Virus record (IMG/VR): IMGVR_UViG_3300037119_000577
Span: 1-57,597 of that record
Source of the DNA: a virus
Lineage: Duplodnaviria; Caudoviricetes
Direction: 5' to 3' (one strand)
DNA: 57,597 nt
Shown: positions 17,752 through 27,765 of the stretch, piece after piece
How positions within the stretch are numbered: position 1 is the stretch's first letter
Layout: each line of letters opens with the position of its first letter
Translations under genes and position numbers: made by a program
The notes under the pieces: model-generated
Told to the model about the DNA's origin: nothing
The model's input: only the letters and a program-made list of their open reading frames with translations
The model's database searches: none

Positions 17752-17805
17752 AATCTATGTACCTCATTGCTTGTTACCAGAACCCTTACCGCAACATACG
17801 GTAAG

Positions 17806-18309
17806 TTATTCTCTTAATACATGTCGCTCGATATAATCCGAGCGAGCTTTTTCTGAGGCGCGAGCCGCGTCCTCTAATTGATCAAAATACCCTAGAAAAT
17901 GATTATATCCGCCGTGTTTAATCTGAGCCCGCCACCGCCCTCTATCCTTACACCACACTACCCCGCGGTACCCTGAAGCATTCTTGCGCTTACTATTAAC
18001 ACAATTAGCACTTTGACTGATAAATCTCAGGTTACTTTTCTGATTGTTGAGCGGGTTACGGTCAATATGATCCACTACGTACCCCTCCCTACGTCCCATG
18101 ATTGCAAAGTGTAGTAGTAATACCGTACCTATAGCCGCCCATTCTGACGTCAATTCGCGGACGCCGTACCCTTTGGTGTGTCTTGTCCAGTTAAATTGGT
18201 CTAGAAACGCATAATCTTCGTCGTCTACCATAGCGAATATCGCGGCCGTCTTATTTCTCTTACTTAATTGTAATAGTCGCATGTCCAGCCATTCTTTACT
18301 CCTTAACAA
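17806..18309 (-). CDS. HNH endonuclease with AP2 domain
   Basis: VDDED, VDHIDRNPLNNQKSNLR, SGYRGV..WRAQI..LGYF. Confidence 0.9.
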   Translation of the reverse strand: MLRSKEWLDMRLLQLSKRNKTAAIFAMVDDEDYAFLDQFNWTRHTKGYGVRELTSEWAAIGTVLLLHFAIMGRREGYVVDHIDRNPLNNQKSNLRFISQSANCVNSKRKNASGYRGVVWCKDRGRWRAQIKHGGYNHFLGYFDQLEDAARASEKARSDYIERHVLRE

Positions 18310-19081
18310 ACTGTTTGCTTACAGAAACGAAGTCATCGACCGATTCGATAACCCCAGAGTCCCAAGATGTACACGCCTCCTTAAAGGCACAATAATTACA
18401 CGGGCTCCCGAACGCCGCTGCGTAATTAATTGGGCGGTCCCAAATGATATCCTCATCAATGCACTTCGCCGCCATCTGCGTGTGCGCCATCTGATCGTAC
18501 ACGGTGAACCGGTTAGGCTTACCGTCGATAATCAGCCGCCCGAAATCGTCTATCTTAATATCGAAGGCGCGCTCTTTCTTGATCGTGTAATTGCCGGCGG
18601 CGTCGGGCTCCATATACGCGTACCGAAGCTCACCTTTATCGGTGCCCACCGAGATCATATACGAAACCAACTGCGCCAAGTTCTCAGTCTTAAACTTGCC
18701 GTTCTTAATGACTTCCCGAAGGACGTTCTTAGATTCGGTAGACTTAAGCTCGTGAACCGTTACACCGCTCGAATCAGAAACCACAAAATCGCACCTACCA
18801 GAATGCTCAATCCCAGGTACGCCATCGATCGGTCGGCGGAGGACTTTTTCCGCTTGAAAGGTAAGACCGTCCCCTTGGAGTCTTTGTCCGTGCTGCTGCT
18901 CAAATTGTGTACCTCGCTTAAGATGTACTTCCGGGATCGATCCGCGAACGCCGCGGGATCGTAGGTAGACTTTCCGCAGACATCCTGTATCGTAATCTGT
19001 AAATACGAGCCGTCCCCACATAAAGGCCGACTCAGACCCGCGAACTTTGCGCTCCTTCGTATCATTTTTGCCACTTGACAT
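18296..19081 (-). CDS. Cas4-like PD-(D/E)XK Fe-S exonuclease
   Basis: CLRK, GRCD..HELKS, QL..Y, CNYCAFKEAC. Confidence 0.85.
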   Translation of the reverse strand: MSSGKNDTKERKVRGSESAFMWGRLVFTDYDTGCLRKVYLRSRGVRGSIPEVHLKRGTQFEQQHGQRLQGDGLTFQAEKVLRRPIDGVPGIEHSGRCDFVVSDSSGVTVHELKSTESKNVLREVIKNGKFKTENLAQLVSYMISVGTDKGELRYAYMEPDAAGNYTIKKERAFDIKIDDFGRLIIDGKPNRFTVYDQMAHTQMAAKCIDEDIIWDRPINYAAAFGSPCNYCAFKEACTSWDSGVIESVDDFVSVSKQFVKE

Positions 19082-19556
19082 GGTAGTCCGCTCTCGCTTT
19101 CAGCTCGTCGTTTTCGAAGTGTGGCTCAGGGGTACCGGTAGTGGAAACAACGTGGAAGTGGGTCACGAGACCCGAAAAGCGCGATCTCAGGTGATCAATT
19201 TCGCACAGTTTGCGGACGTCGTCAATAACAAATATCTTTGCCCCTGTTAATATCTTTACAGACTCTAATAGTCGGTCCGACAATAAAGATACCCACACCG
19301 TCGGATTAATGGCGGCCTTCTTTTGTCCATACTCAACTAGAACGTCGCGCATCGACATGCGGCCCGACCCGTACTCCTTGATTCGGGTAGTCTCTTTGTA
19401 CGCCTGATCTTTGGAAAACCATTTGTAGCCCGGATATTGGCGGGACAGGTCTTCCCGAAGTGCTCCGGCGATTGACCACACTTCGTCGCCCAACTTGGCG
19501 GCGAGTGTCGACTTACCTGACCCGTACCCATCGCCCGATATAAGATAGATTTTCAT
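19062..19556 (-). CDS. Deoxynucleoside monophosphate kinase
   Basis: SGDGYGSGKST, KE..R, RDVL..G, VIDDVR..E. Confidence 0.8.
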   Translation of the reverse strand: MKIYLISGDGYGSGKSTLAAKLGDEVWSIAGALREDLSRQYPGYKWFSKDQAYKETTRIKEYGSGRMSMRDVLVEYGQKKAAINPTVWVSLLSDRLLESVKILTGAKIFVIDDVRKLCEIDHLRSRFSGLVTHFHVVSTTGTPEPHFENDELKARADYHVKWQK

Positions 19557-19742
19557 TTATACCTCGTCCGAAGACCAAATCACGCGGTCACCCCTAGCCA
19601 CTAGGGTATAGCGCTTAGCACATGCTATCGCGTAATCTTCTCGAAAAGACGTATATCGCCACCACCATATGCCGCATATACGTCGCTGTACGGTATACCT
19701 CAGTTCTCCCGAGTGTATGGTTTTAATAACCCTGTACATAAT

Positions 19743-20036
19743 TTAGCCCTCATCATAAAGTTCGCAAAAATGCTCCACGGCGTCGTCTAATTGTGCTACC
19801 AGGTCCGCGTCACAGTGCGCCTCATCGTCGTCGAGTTCCACATCGACGCCCACGATCGCTAGACGGGCGAGGACTTCCACCAGGGCTCTGTACGTATAAT
19901 CAGGGATCCGATACGCGTTGCCATCAGGGTACGCCCGCTGCATACGCTCGACGATGTCTGCAAGGGACTGTCTCACGTCGGGGGCTCCTTCCGAAAACAA
20001 GAAATAATACCGAAGATACAGAAGTACGCGGTCCAC
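19743..20036 (-). CDS. Hypothetical acidic protein
   Basis: 97 aa ORF. Confidence 0.5.
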   Translation of the reverse strand: MDRVLLYLRYYFLFSEGAPDVRQSLADIVERMQRAYPDGNAYRIPDYTYRALVEVLARLAIVGVDVELDDDEAHCDADLVAQLDDAVEHFCELYDEG

Positions 20037-20078
20037 ACGATTGCTACTGCCAGAAATCCGCCGAAGATAGCTACCATG

Positions 20079-20525
20079 TTAAAACTCCATTCGTAAGCCG
20101 ACGATTATTGCGCGATCCCGAAACCTGTAATCGAGAGTCCCAAATGCCGGCAGATCCCCCAGGCGCACGCCAATACCTACCTGATAATCTTTCCAATCTT
20201 TCCAGGCACTTACCGGCGTGGCCACATGGAGATCGTACCGACTAATGGGGGAGGTCACAACCGACACATCCTTCTTATCGGCGACTACTTGGGAAACTTT
20301 AGTATCTTTTTTAGTTTCGACGATCTTTTTTTCTTTGGTGCCGTCGGGCTTAACTGTAATAGTGGTGACTTTTTGCTCGGTAGCGATTTCCTCAACCTTT
20401 TCATCGGTATGCGCTCCCGCAACAGTAATAGCGGTTGGACAAACCTGATCCGGTCTGGTATAAAGGACATAGGTTACGGCACTTAATACCAATATTAGCA
20501 GTTCACGCCAAAAACGTATTAACAT
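20079..20525 (-). CDS. Membrane-anchored protein with C-terminal amphipathic beta strands (spanin-like?)
   Basis: N-terminal TM, T/K/E/V-rich linker, ends AIIVGLRMEF. Confidence 0.55.
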   Translation of the reverse strand: MLIRFWRELLILVLSAVTYVLYTRPDQVCPTAITVAGAHTDEKVEEIATEQKVTTITVKPDGTKEKKIVETKKDTKVSQVVADKKDVSVVTSPISRYDLHVATPVSAWKDWKDYQVGIGVRLGDLPAFGTLDYRFRDRAIIVGLRMEF

Positions 20526-20540
20526 TAAGAGTCCTTGAAA

Positions 20541-20762
20541 ATGAAGAAATTCGCCGAATTCGAGATACACGAAGTCGCCATCGAGATCGTATACAAAGAG
20601 ATTCAGGAAATCAAGAAGAAAAAATTCCGGGATGAGGACGATATCGCGCGGATGGAAAAGCTGATCCGCATGTACTCCACATTAATGGATAACTTGCGGA
20701 CCAACATTAGGGATGGGTTACACGATAAACTTGTTCCAGATAGCGGCGACGACGGCACTTAA
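20541..20762 (+). CDS. Small helical protein on the opposite strand
   Basis: 73 aa amphipathic sequence filling an otherwise empty gap on the - strand. Confidence 0.55.
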   Translation: MKKFAEFEIHEVAIEIVYKEIQEIKKKKFRDEDDIARMEKLIRMYSTLMDNLRTNIRDGLHDKLVPDSGDDGT

Positions 20763-20918
20763 TGCGGCGACCCCCAGAGCGGCGATCATCTTAACGGACC
20801 CCTTGACCCACTCGAGCGCCTCTTCGGCCCGGGATATCCGGGACTGATAGGTGTCTAGCTTCTCTTCGATCTTGTCGAGCCGAGCTTCGAGATACTGATG
20901 CAGGTCGCGGATTTCCAT
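20718..20918 (-). CDS. XhlA-like coiled-coil + TM protein (holin-associated)
   Basis: RLDKIEEKLD..RISRAE then a hydrophobic C-terminal helix. Confidence 0.6.
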   Translation of the reverse strand: MEIRDLHQYLEARLDKIEEKLDTYQSRISRAEEALEWVKGSVKMIAALGVAALSAVVAAIWNKFIV

Positions 20919-20928
20919 AACAGACCCT

Positions 20929-21777
20929 TTAGTTGGTATGGTCGAGAAGTAGCTTGAGAACGAAGGCCCGGTGAGCCAAACAATAAGCGGGAGCGCCCCG
21001 GACGTACGGAGGGCAGTCGTAACCAGGGTCGAGCATTAGAGCGATTGCGGGCTCAAAGGTGCCGAAGTAAATACCGCGGGCCGTTTGGAAGAGGCCGTCC
21101 TGAGGATGGAGAGCTGCCAAAGCGGCTACCAGACTAGCGGACGCCTTGTTAGTGGACCCTTCGATTTCGCCTTGAAGCAAGATCGCGAGTACTTGTATAT
21201 GCTGCTCGTAATCCGACGGGACGGGAAAGAAGGCTGCGGGCGTCTTCCTACATTCGCGGGCGTCGTCGCCGGCCGACAAAGCGTAGATCGCACGGCACAA
21301 TAGGCCCTTGAGATTGTCGCCTAAGTAAACCTCGGGCTGGGACGCGGGTAAGCCCATCTGCCAATCGTGCGCGGCGCCATAGTCCGCGAGCCGCTGGAGC
21401 TCCCCCAGATCCTTGGCGGACCAGCGGGACCAGATATAACCGATCAACATATCGCGGGATACCGTGGACTTAGACCCCCGATCGACACCGTCCCAACAGG
21501 GGCCTACGGTAACGGGTCTACGGTGAATCTCGCCCGACGCGTGTTCCGCCAAATCCATTTGGGGGGATCCGCCTGCCGCCGACGCGATACCTGCCCACAT
21601 GGTGCCGTCGCAATCGTGGGACGAGGGCCAGCCAGTCTGGGGGTCCGAAGCATCCCGTAAGCTGCCGAGAACGTCCTGATAAGCAGCCTGTAGGTTGCCC
21701 GACGCGCCACCCTCGCGCACTTCCGCACGCCCGCACCCTATTAACATTAATACCAATATCGGATAATAAGCGCGCAT
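20929..21777 (-). CDS. Lipoprotein, helical (possible alpha/alpha-toroid) domain
   Basis: Lipobox-like LIGC; SRDM motif; helical composition. Confidence 0.55.
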   Translation of the reverse strand: MRAYYPILVLMLIGCGRAEVREGGASGNLQAAYQDVLGSLRDASDPQTGWPSSHDCDGTMWAGIASAAGGSPQMDLAEHASGEIHRRPVTVGPCWDGVDRGSKSTVSRDMLIGYIWSRWSAKDLGELQRLADYGAAHDWQMGLPASQPEVYLGDNLKGLLCRAIYALSAGDDARECRKTPAAFFPVPSDYEQHIQVLAILLQGEIEGSTNKASASLVAALAALHPQDGLFQTARGIYFGTFEPAIALMLDPGYDCPPYVRGAPAYCLAHRAFVLKLLLDHTN

Positions 21778-24462
21778 TTAATCAAACTTTACATAAGATA
21801 TTGTGTTAGTGTACGTAGTGGACACGGTATACGCCAAGGTCGCAATCGACGTGGCGACTTGCCGACTGAACCCGGAAAGGAGGCCGGTCGTACTGGCTTG
21901 AACAACCGTGAACGTCGAGCTGGACAGGTTATTCCATGCTAGAACCGTGTTCGCTGGACGGGCCCATGCAGGAAGCTCCGCAGATTGACTGTCGACGGAG
22001 TTACCTGGAGACCCGGTGCCGATGGCCCAATTGATAGTGACCTGGACCTGCCGCCCGACCCTGGTTGCATAAACCGCATACGTCCCGCCCGTACCTCCGC
22101 CTGATGCGATGTTAACGGCCGTATTTTTATACGATTGGTAGTATTCGCCAATAAAGTCCCAAGAGGCGGACCCATCGGACTGCAGGGTAACCGAGTCCCC
22201 GGGCAGCGCCAAAGTGAGCGCCGTCTCCGAACCGGGCCCGATGGTATCCGAACCCGCCCGAGCGATCGTCAGAATCGCCGTGGAAACATTGACGAAGGTG
22301 ATAGGCCGCGACGAGTTGTTAGCAGCAGCCGGCAAGGTGAACGTGCGCGCCGTAGATCCGGTCAGCTTAACTACGTGATAGCCGTCGGTGTCCGTGACCG
22401 TATACGCCGCGGACGTGGAGTTCGTGGAATTCCACCCCCATACCGGAGTCGTCGCGCCCGCTGACCTGAGCCGTTGACCTGCAACCCCGGCCGCCAAACG
22501 GGTACCCGTGCCCGATGCGCCCCCGTAGACGATGTCGCCCGCAGTGGTCATAGGGGAAAGCGCGTCGTACCCCGCCGCCTTCGTAATTTGCCCGGTACCT
22601 CCGTTGGCGATCGGAGTAGCGCCCGAAAGCTGAGTCGCCGCCAGAACCGTCAAAGTGTTGCTGTTACCGTCAATGGTCTTACTGGTAAGCGTCTGAGACG
22701 CATTCGTACCTACGAGCGTGGTGTCGGCGTTCGGGACCCCGAAAGTGCGCGTAGTGGACGCGGACACGTTCGTAGCATCAAAGACAAAGCGCTTAGTTGG
22801 GTCCGAATTGTCCCGAATCTCGAAACCTGTATCCAGAAGAGTTACGGTGTTCGTGGTTGACAGTGCCGCACTCGTGATAACCGGAGCCGTCAAAGTCTTA
22901 TTGGTTAATGTGTCGGTAGTGGCCCGACCCACCAAAGTGTCCGTGGACGTCGGCAACGTAAGAGTGCCTGTATTTGTGATGGTAGCAATTACAGGGGCCG
23001 TCAGCGTTTTATTAGTTAGAGTCTGGCTCCCCGCTTCCGTAACCACCACGCCCGATGTAGGGAACGTCGCCGTAGAATTTTGCCCAGTACCGCCGTTAGC
23101 GGCAGGCAATATCCCCGACACATCCGTCGTGAGGACAGCTTTGGTCCACGAAAGCGTGCCCGACCCATTATTACGCATGAACGTATTCGCAGCACCTTGG
23201 GCGTCCGGGAGCACTAGGCCGTAGGTAACGTCGCCCACACCCGGAACCGGGGGCGCCGACAAATTGACGGTCATTGTGTCGAAATTAGTCGAATTCTGCA
23301 AAGACAACGCCGCACCCGAAGACCCCAGTTCCTGGTACGCTATAATAGCCGGGTCACCTGCGAGGGCTCCCGCAACGACCGCCGCCGCACCGCCCGTAAC
23401 ATAAGGCGTGATCCCCGCCGTAGTGGCCGACGTCGCCAGTACACCGACCGCCGCGGTACCGGATCCCGACGCCGTAGCGGCTGCCCAAATCGCCGCCGGA
23501 CGATCCGCAGCCCCCGTGGTATCATTCGCGGTAACGGTCAATCCTGCCACAGCGGATCCTACATCCAGTACATAATCGCCTGTAGTAATCGTATCGCCGC
23601 CAGCAAAGGCAGTTTGCAAAGACGTGGCCAATATGCCGGATGTAGGCAATGTTACGTTTGTAGTCCCCGTCGTTGTCAGCGTGAGCGCATGATTACCAGA
23701 CCGCGTGAGGGTGGCCGCCGCATTGTTGGCTACACCCGTACCGCCGTTCGCAGGAGGTACAACGCCCGTCGTAATATCGCCATACCCAAGAACAACAGAA
23801 CCGGTTTGACCGTTCACCGATAGAACGGTATCCGTAGGCGTAAGCAACTCTTGCCAATCGCCGAGAACTGTGGGGTCGGTGCCCGCTAAAATGTAGCTCT
23901 TACTTAAGTCCGTGCGAACCGCAACGTCGCCGGTTTCGGCGGTCAAAGCCAACATAGCTACCTGACTGGCAACAACGAACGTATTAGTAATCGCGATTGC
24001 AGGCAGCTGAATTTGCGGGATTTTCGCGGACCCGTCGAGAGAGGCGACGCCTCCTGCAACGCCCACCGACGTAGTGGCCACTTTGGCGTTCAACTGAGTC
24101 TGTATCGACGACGTCACATTGTCGAGGTAGCCAATCTCCGTTGACGTTATAGTATTGATCGACGTAACACCCGTAAGATCCCCGCCATCAGATACGATCA
24201 CAGTAGAGTTCTGCGCAGCCATCCCCGTGGTACCGTCCCACCGCACCAACGCGTTGTCCGTGGTTGAACCGGGACCAATCACCGTATCTGGATCCACCGA
24301 CGACGTATGCCACGCCGCCCCATCGTACGTGTAAAGCGTGTCGGTGTCCTCGACGTATCGAATAGACCCCACCGGCACTCCAGCGGGGAGGTCCGCCGCC
24401 GTCGCGACCGTGGTGATCGCGTCCGCAACTTTAGTAGGCAAAGATAGGAAAATATTCGACAT
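21778..24462 (-). CDS. Tail fibre protein
   Basis: 894 aa T/G/A-rich; ANGGTG and TLTNKTLT repeats; VLSVNGQTG. Confidence 0.85.
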   Translation of the reverse strand: MSNIFLSLPTKVADAITTVATAADLPAGVPVGSIRYVEDTDTLYTYDGAAWHTSSVDPDTVIGPGSTTDNALVRWDGTTGMAAQNSTVIVSDGGDLTGVTSINTITSTEIGYLDNVTSSIQTQLNAKVATTSVGVAGGVASLDGSAKIPQIQLPAIAITNTFVVASQVAMLALTAETGDVAVRTDLSKSYILAGTDPTVLGDWQELLTPTDTVLSVNGQTGSVVLGYGDITTGVVPPANGGTGVANNAAATLTRSGNHALTLTTTGTTNVTLPTSGILATSLQTAFAGGDTITTGDYVLDVGSAVAGLTVTANDTTGAADRPAAIWAAATASGSGTAAVGVLATSATTAGITPYVTGGAAAVVAGALAGDPAIIAYQELGSSGAALSLQNSTNFDTMTVNLSAPPVPGVGDVTYGLVLPDAQGAANTFMRNNGSGTLSWTKAVLTTDVSGILPAANGGTGQNSTATFPTSGVVVTEAGSQTLTNKTLTAPVIATITNTGTLTLPTSTDTLVGRATTDTLTNKTLTAPVITSAALSTTNTVTLLDTGFEIRDNSDPTKRFVFDATNVSASTTRTFGVPNADTTLVGTNASQTLTSKTIDGNSNTLTVLAATQLSGATPIANGGTGQITKAAGYDALSPMTTAGDIVYGGASGTGTRLAAGVAGQRLRSAGATTPVWGWNSTNSTSAAYTVTDTDGYHVVKLTGSTARTFTLPAAANNSSRPITFVNVSTAILTIARAGSDTIGPGSETALTLALPGDSVTLQSDGSASWDFIGEYYQSYKNTAVNIASGGGTGGTYAVYATRVGRQVQVTINWAIGTGSPGNSVDSQSAELPAWARPANTVLAWNNLSSSTFTVVQASTTGLLSGFSRQVATSIATLAYTVSTTYTNTISYVKFD

Positions 24463-24471
24463 TGGGCACCT

Positions 24472-24648
24472 TTATTTTTGGAACTTAGCCTTAAACGACG
24501 CTTCGGCCGCGTTGGACCCCGCCAAACCGATCGCCACCGACGCCAACGCCATTGATGTATCTATACCGTGAAGAACACTCATCGCCATAAGAGCGCTCAT
24601 AGCAAACACGGCGATAAAGGTCCGACGGCATAATAGAACGTTTTTCAC
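24472..24648 (-). CDS. Two-TM holin-like protein (58 aa)
   Basis: Not in ORF track; GAGG RBS; MKNVLLCRRTFIAVFAMSALMAMSVLHGIDTSMALASVAIGLAGSNAAEASFKAKFQK. Confidence 0.6.
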   Translation of the reverse strand: MKNVLLCRRTFIAVFAMSALMAMSVLHGIDTSMALASVAIGLAGSNAAEASFKAKFQK

Positions 24649-24668
24649 GAGTACCTCACTTTAATCGA

Positions 24669-24971
24669 TTAAGCGTCCGGGGCCCCGACAAACGGGTGGC
24701 TCGGCGCGAACGGCGGTGTCTCTTCCTTGATCTTATCGTAGCACTTGGTGCGAATGGTACCCGCGGTCATATCCATAGACGTAACCACGTTGACCCACTC
24801 GAAATAGTATTTCTTAGACGCCTTGAATCCCGCGTCTCGTGTCGCTTTGTCCACGAACCCGCCAAGCGTAACCTTGGTCAAATTCGCCTCTAGGTCTACC
24901 GTCACCGATATAATGCGCCAATAACTCAGCGTCACACCAGTGTTTTGCGGTAATGATATTGCCAAAGCCAT
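24669..24971 (-). CDS. Fibre-associated small protein (chaperone-like)
   Basis: 100 aa directly after a fibre gene; GV..SYWRI, ends FVGAPDA. Confidence 0.55.
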   Translation of the reverse strand: MALAISLPQNTGVTLSYWRIISVTVDLEANLTKVTLGGFVDKATRDAGFKASKKYYFEWVNVVTSMDMTAGTIRTKCYDKIKEETPPFAPSHPFVGAPDA

Positions 24972-24982
24972 TCCTGTCTCCG

Positions 24983-27100
24983 TTACGACATCAAGCCTAA
25001 GGCCCGTACTGCGTTATAGACTTCCTGTAACATCGTCTGTTCAACGGACGTATACAGGACCCCAGCCGTAGCCGCACCGGACGAGGCCGGCTGCGAAACC
25101 GGACTAGTTCCGAAGAATCCCAAATTGCCCGTAAACGCCGCCGCACCGTCTACTTCGAACGCATGCGCGGTCGTGTCGGACCCTCCGATCTTAAGGGCAT
25201 TCGCTAAATAATTGTACTTCGCGCCCGAATCGTAAAATCCCCAGGAGTTTACGGCTACATCCCCCGCCCCGTAATCTGCGAAGAAATTAATAGACTGCGT
25301 AATCGTCTGGGTACCGCCGGTAGACACGTTGAATGACCGAGCCCCGATCAATCTACCAATCGTACCGCCAGTATTGCCGGCGTCAAACACGTTGGCATAT
25401 ACGCACGCAGTTAGATTATCCAATGTTGCCCCCGCCTGCATCGAAATTACATTGGGGAGCGCTAAAGAGGCTAGCCCGAGTCCGAATGGGCCCGACGTAC
25501 CCACAAAGGTAGCGTCCATGTTAACCAAACACGACGTATTAAACGCAATCGTGTCGCAGTTTGCAACCGTGCCCGTTGCTGTTAGCATCGTAACTAGTAG
25601 GTTATTAGACGCGGGGTTACCGCCGCCATCGGCTACCGTATAGCCCGAGGTGGACGTGAGCTTGCCGATAGTGAGGCCGCCTGAGAATTGCAAGCTACCT
25701 TGGATCTCCACGTCCCCCATAAACCGCGCGGCGCGAACCGTACCGGAAGACGTAACATTTTGCATATCGACAACGATACCCTCTGCGGACTGGCATGCAC
25801 CTACGTTAGGGGCGATGTTTACCCCAAAAAAGGAGCCGCCAAGGGTCTCTAGATTCGGCTGCAGCGCGGCCGAGAAGTAATTCGACCCAATCGTGCCGCC
25901 CGACTGCTGATTAAAGTCCGTAAACGCGTTAACAGTGTTACTGACGTCAGTTAGGCCGTGCGCAGTCTGAAAGCAGGCCACATCGCCCGCAGACGATATA
26001 TTGAGGCCTTGTACATACCCGAAAAATTGATCGGTCTCGGCAATCGCTCCGTTGACTGTCGATCCGAGAGTCTGCCCTGCAACAAGCGCGGTTGCGTCCA
26101 CGCCAATATTAATGTTTTGCCCAATGATTTTGGACGCCTCACACCCGGCGGCAACATGAATCGTACTGTCGTAAGATTTTAGTTCGCCGCTCGTTAATGG
26201 GTCCGTCCCATTGCCGACCGTCATATAGGCGGCAAACGGGGTCATATTTCCCGTGTTGGACGCTTGGATAGACCTCAGGGACACCCCGACCCCAAACAAT
26301 GACCCCTCGGACGGAAGGGCTGACATATCGTCCCCGATGGACCCCTCGTAAAAATGGAGGTTCCAACTCTCGATGGCACCTACGTCGGCCGCATTAATCG
26401 CAGAATAGTGCGTATGAAGTGCATTAAACGTATTCTGGTCGCTTGGTACGATAGTATGATTGAAAATCTGACCGTGCGTGACTTCGCCGAATGTGTATCC
26501 AGGAACGGAGTACAGCTCCCCATCGTCGTCGAAACCCGCAAACGACCGCACATTGCCCGTGATATCCGCCGCGACCGGGGACCACGACAACTGCCCGTTA
26601 CCGTCATTAACTAGGGCAGTCGCTGCGGCCCCTTGCCCGTTAGGCCACGTATAATCCACACCCCGGACTTGACTCAAGCCGTTCGGGGTAAACTGCGCCG
26701 TCAGAACCGCATTAGCGTAAACCGAAATAACCCCGTCGGACGGAGACGTGAAGCCGGTATCATTGCCCGTCTCACCGAACGTTAGACCGCCGTCCGAAAA
26801 GTCTGTCGACTCGTACAGCCGCAAAGACTGAGTCTGAATGGGGCCGGAATCTGTGAGATCGATATCCGCACCAGTAAGTTCAACTACGCCGGTAAGACCG
26901 TTAATCGAATCTACCGCCCCGGACCCTCCGCCCGCAACCGCCGACCACGTCGACCCATTAAATGTGTATAAGGTCTCGTTGTCCGAAACATAAAGCAACG
27001 ACCCTTCGACCACACCCTGAGTCGGTAGGTCGGCGACCGTCGGCACCGTCAAAACGGCGTCCGTAGCGGTAATCGGTAAGTCTACGAAATTAGTGGTCAA
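24983..27100 (-). CDS. Tail fibre/spike protein
   Basis: 705 aa; VDSINGLTG; N-terminus paralogous to 21778..24462. Confidence 0.8.
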   Translation of the reverse strand: MTTNFVDLPITATDAVLTVPTVADLPTQGVVEGSLLYVSDNETLYTFNGSTWSAVAGGGSGAVDSINGLTGVVELTGADIDLTDSGPIQTQSLRLYESTDFSDGGLTFGETGNDTGFTSPSDGVISVYANAVLTAQFTPNGLSQVRGVDYTWPNGQGAAATALVNDGNGQLSWSPVAADITGNVRSFAGFDDDGELYSVPGYTFGEVTHGQIFNHTIVPSDQNTFNALHTHYSAINAADVGAIESWNLHFYEGSIGDDMSALPSEGSLFGVGVSLRSIQASNTGNMTPFAAYMTVGNGTDPLTSGELKSYDSTIHVAAGCEASKIIGQNINIGVDATALVAGQTLGSTVNGAIAETDQFFGYVQGLNISSAGDVACFQTAHGLTDVSNTVNAFTDFNQQSGGTIGSNYFSAALQPNLETLGGSFFGVNIAPNVGACQSAEGIVVDMQNVTSSGTVRAARFMGDVEIQGSLQFSGGLTIGKLTSTSGYTVADGGGNPASNNLLVTMLTATGTVANCDTIAFNTSCLVNMDATFVGTSGPFGLGLASLALPNVISMQAGATLDNLTACVYANVFDAGNTGGTIGRLIGARSFNVSTGGTQTITQSINFFADYGAGDVAVNSWGFYDSGAKYNYLANALKIGGSDTTAHAFEVDGAAAFTGNLGFFGTSPVSQPASSGAATAGVLYTSVEQTMLQEVYNAVRALGLMS

Positions 27101-27274
27101 TTAAACTGCACCCCAAGTCGTGCCATTATAAAATTCGAGCACATCCGTATCGACATTAAAAACAACCATACCCGCGGACGGCACCAGGGCGTCCCGCTGC
27201 GCGGTCGTCAAAGGGGTCAACTGGACCCAAGCAAAGATATTTTCTACTGGTAGCTCTTTATAATCAGATGTCAC
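27101..27274 (-). CDS. Small fibre-related virion protein
   Basis: LTTAQRDAL..GMVVFNVDT..LEFYNGTTW fibre motif. Confidence 0.65.
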   Translation of the reverse strand: MTSDYKELPVENIFAWVQLTPLTTAQRDALVPSAGMVVFNVDTDVLEFYNGTTWGAV

Positions 27275-27765
27275 AAGCGCTCCGCAATGAAAAGGGCTAC
27301 TTGAAGAAACCCGAGACCGACGATCGCGCACCAAAGCCGGACATGGGACAGTACAGGGGGAACATTAGGGATACGGGCATCGACCTTACTGACGTCGGTC
27401 GCAACATCTTGCACACCCGTCTGAGTATCCCGGATCCGACGTTCCATTTGGCCGATTAGCTTGATGATTTCGTCACGCTCGTCCTTGATCGCCCCAAACG
27501 CGGCGCCGAGGCCTGAATCGAGATCCGCATGCGCCTGAGCCAAGGCATCGAGGGATACGCGGTTCTCGTCCACACCATCGCCTAATAGTGACACCTGCTG
27601 ATGCGTGTCGGCGAACTTGGTCCGATAGTCCTCGAGACGCCGCTCAACTTCGAACAGGCGGTTGTCCAGCTTATCGGCAAGAGTCGACACCGCGCCAATC
27701 GCCTTGACAGAATTGTCATTGACGGCCGCGGCCTTCGACGGTTTGCCGATCACACTGAAACCCAT
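27271..27765 (-). CDS. Coiled-coil protein with C-terminal TM
   Basis: TAATG-coupled; heptad pattern then LWCAIVGLGFLQVALFI. Confidence 0.6.
   Translation of the reverse strand: MGFSVIGKPSKAAAVNDNSVKAIGAVSTLADKLDNRLFEVERRLEDYRTKFADTHQQVSLLGDGVDENRVSLDALAQAHADLDSGLGAAFGAIKDERDEIIKLIGQMERRIRDTQTGVQDVATDVSKVDARIPNVPPVLSHVRLWCAIVGLGFLQVALFIAERL

Noticed and set aside
18296-19081. CRISPR-Cas function for the Cas4-like gene
   Set aside because: No array or other cas genes; replication/recombination context.
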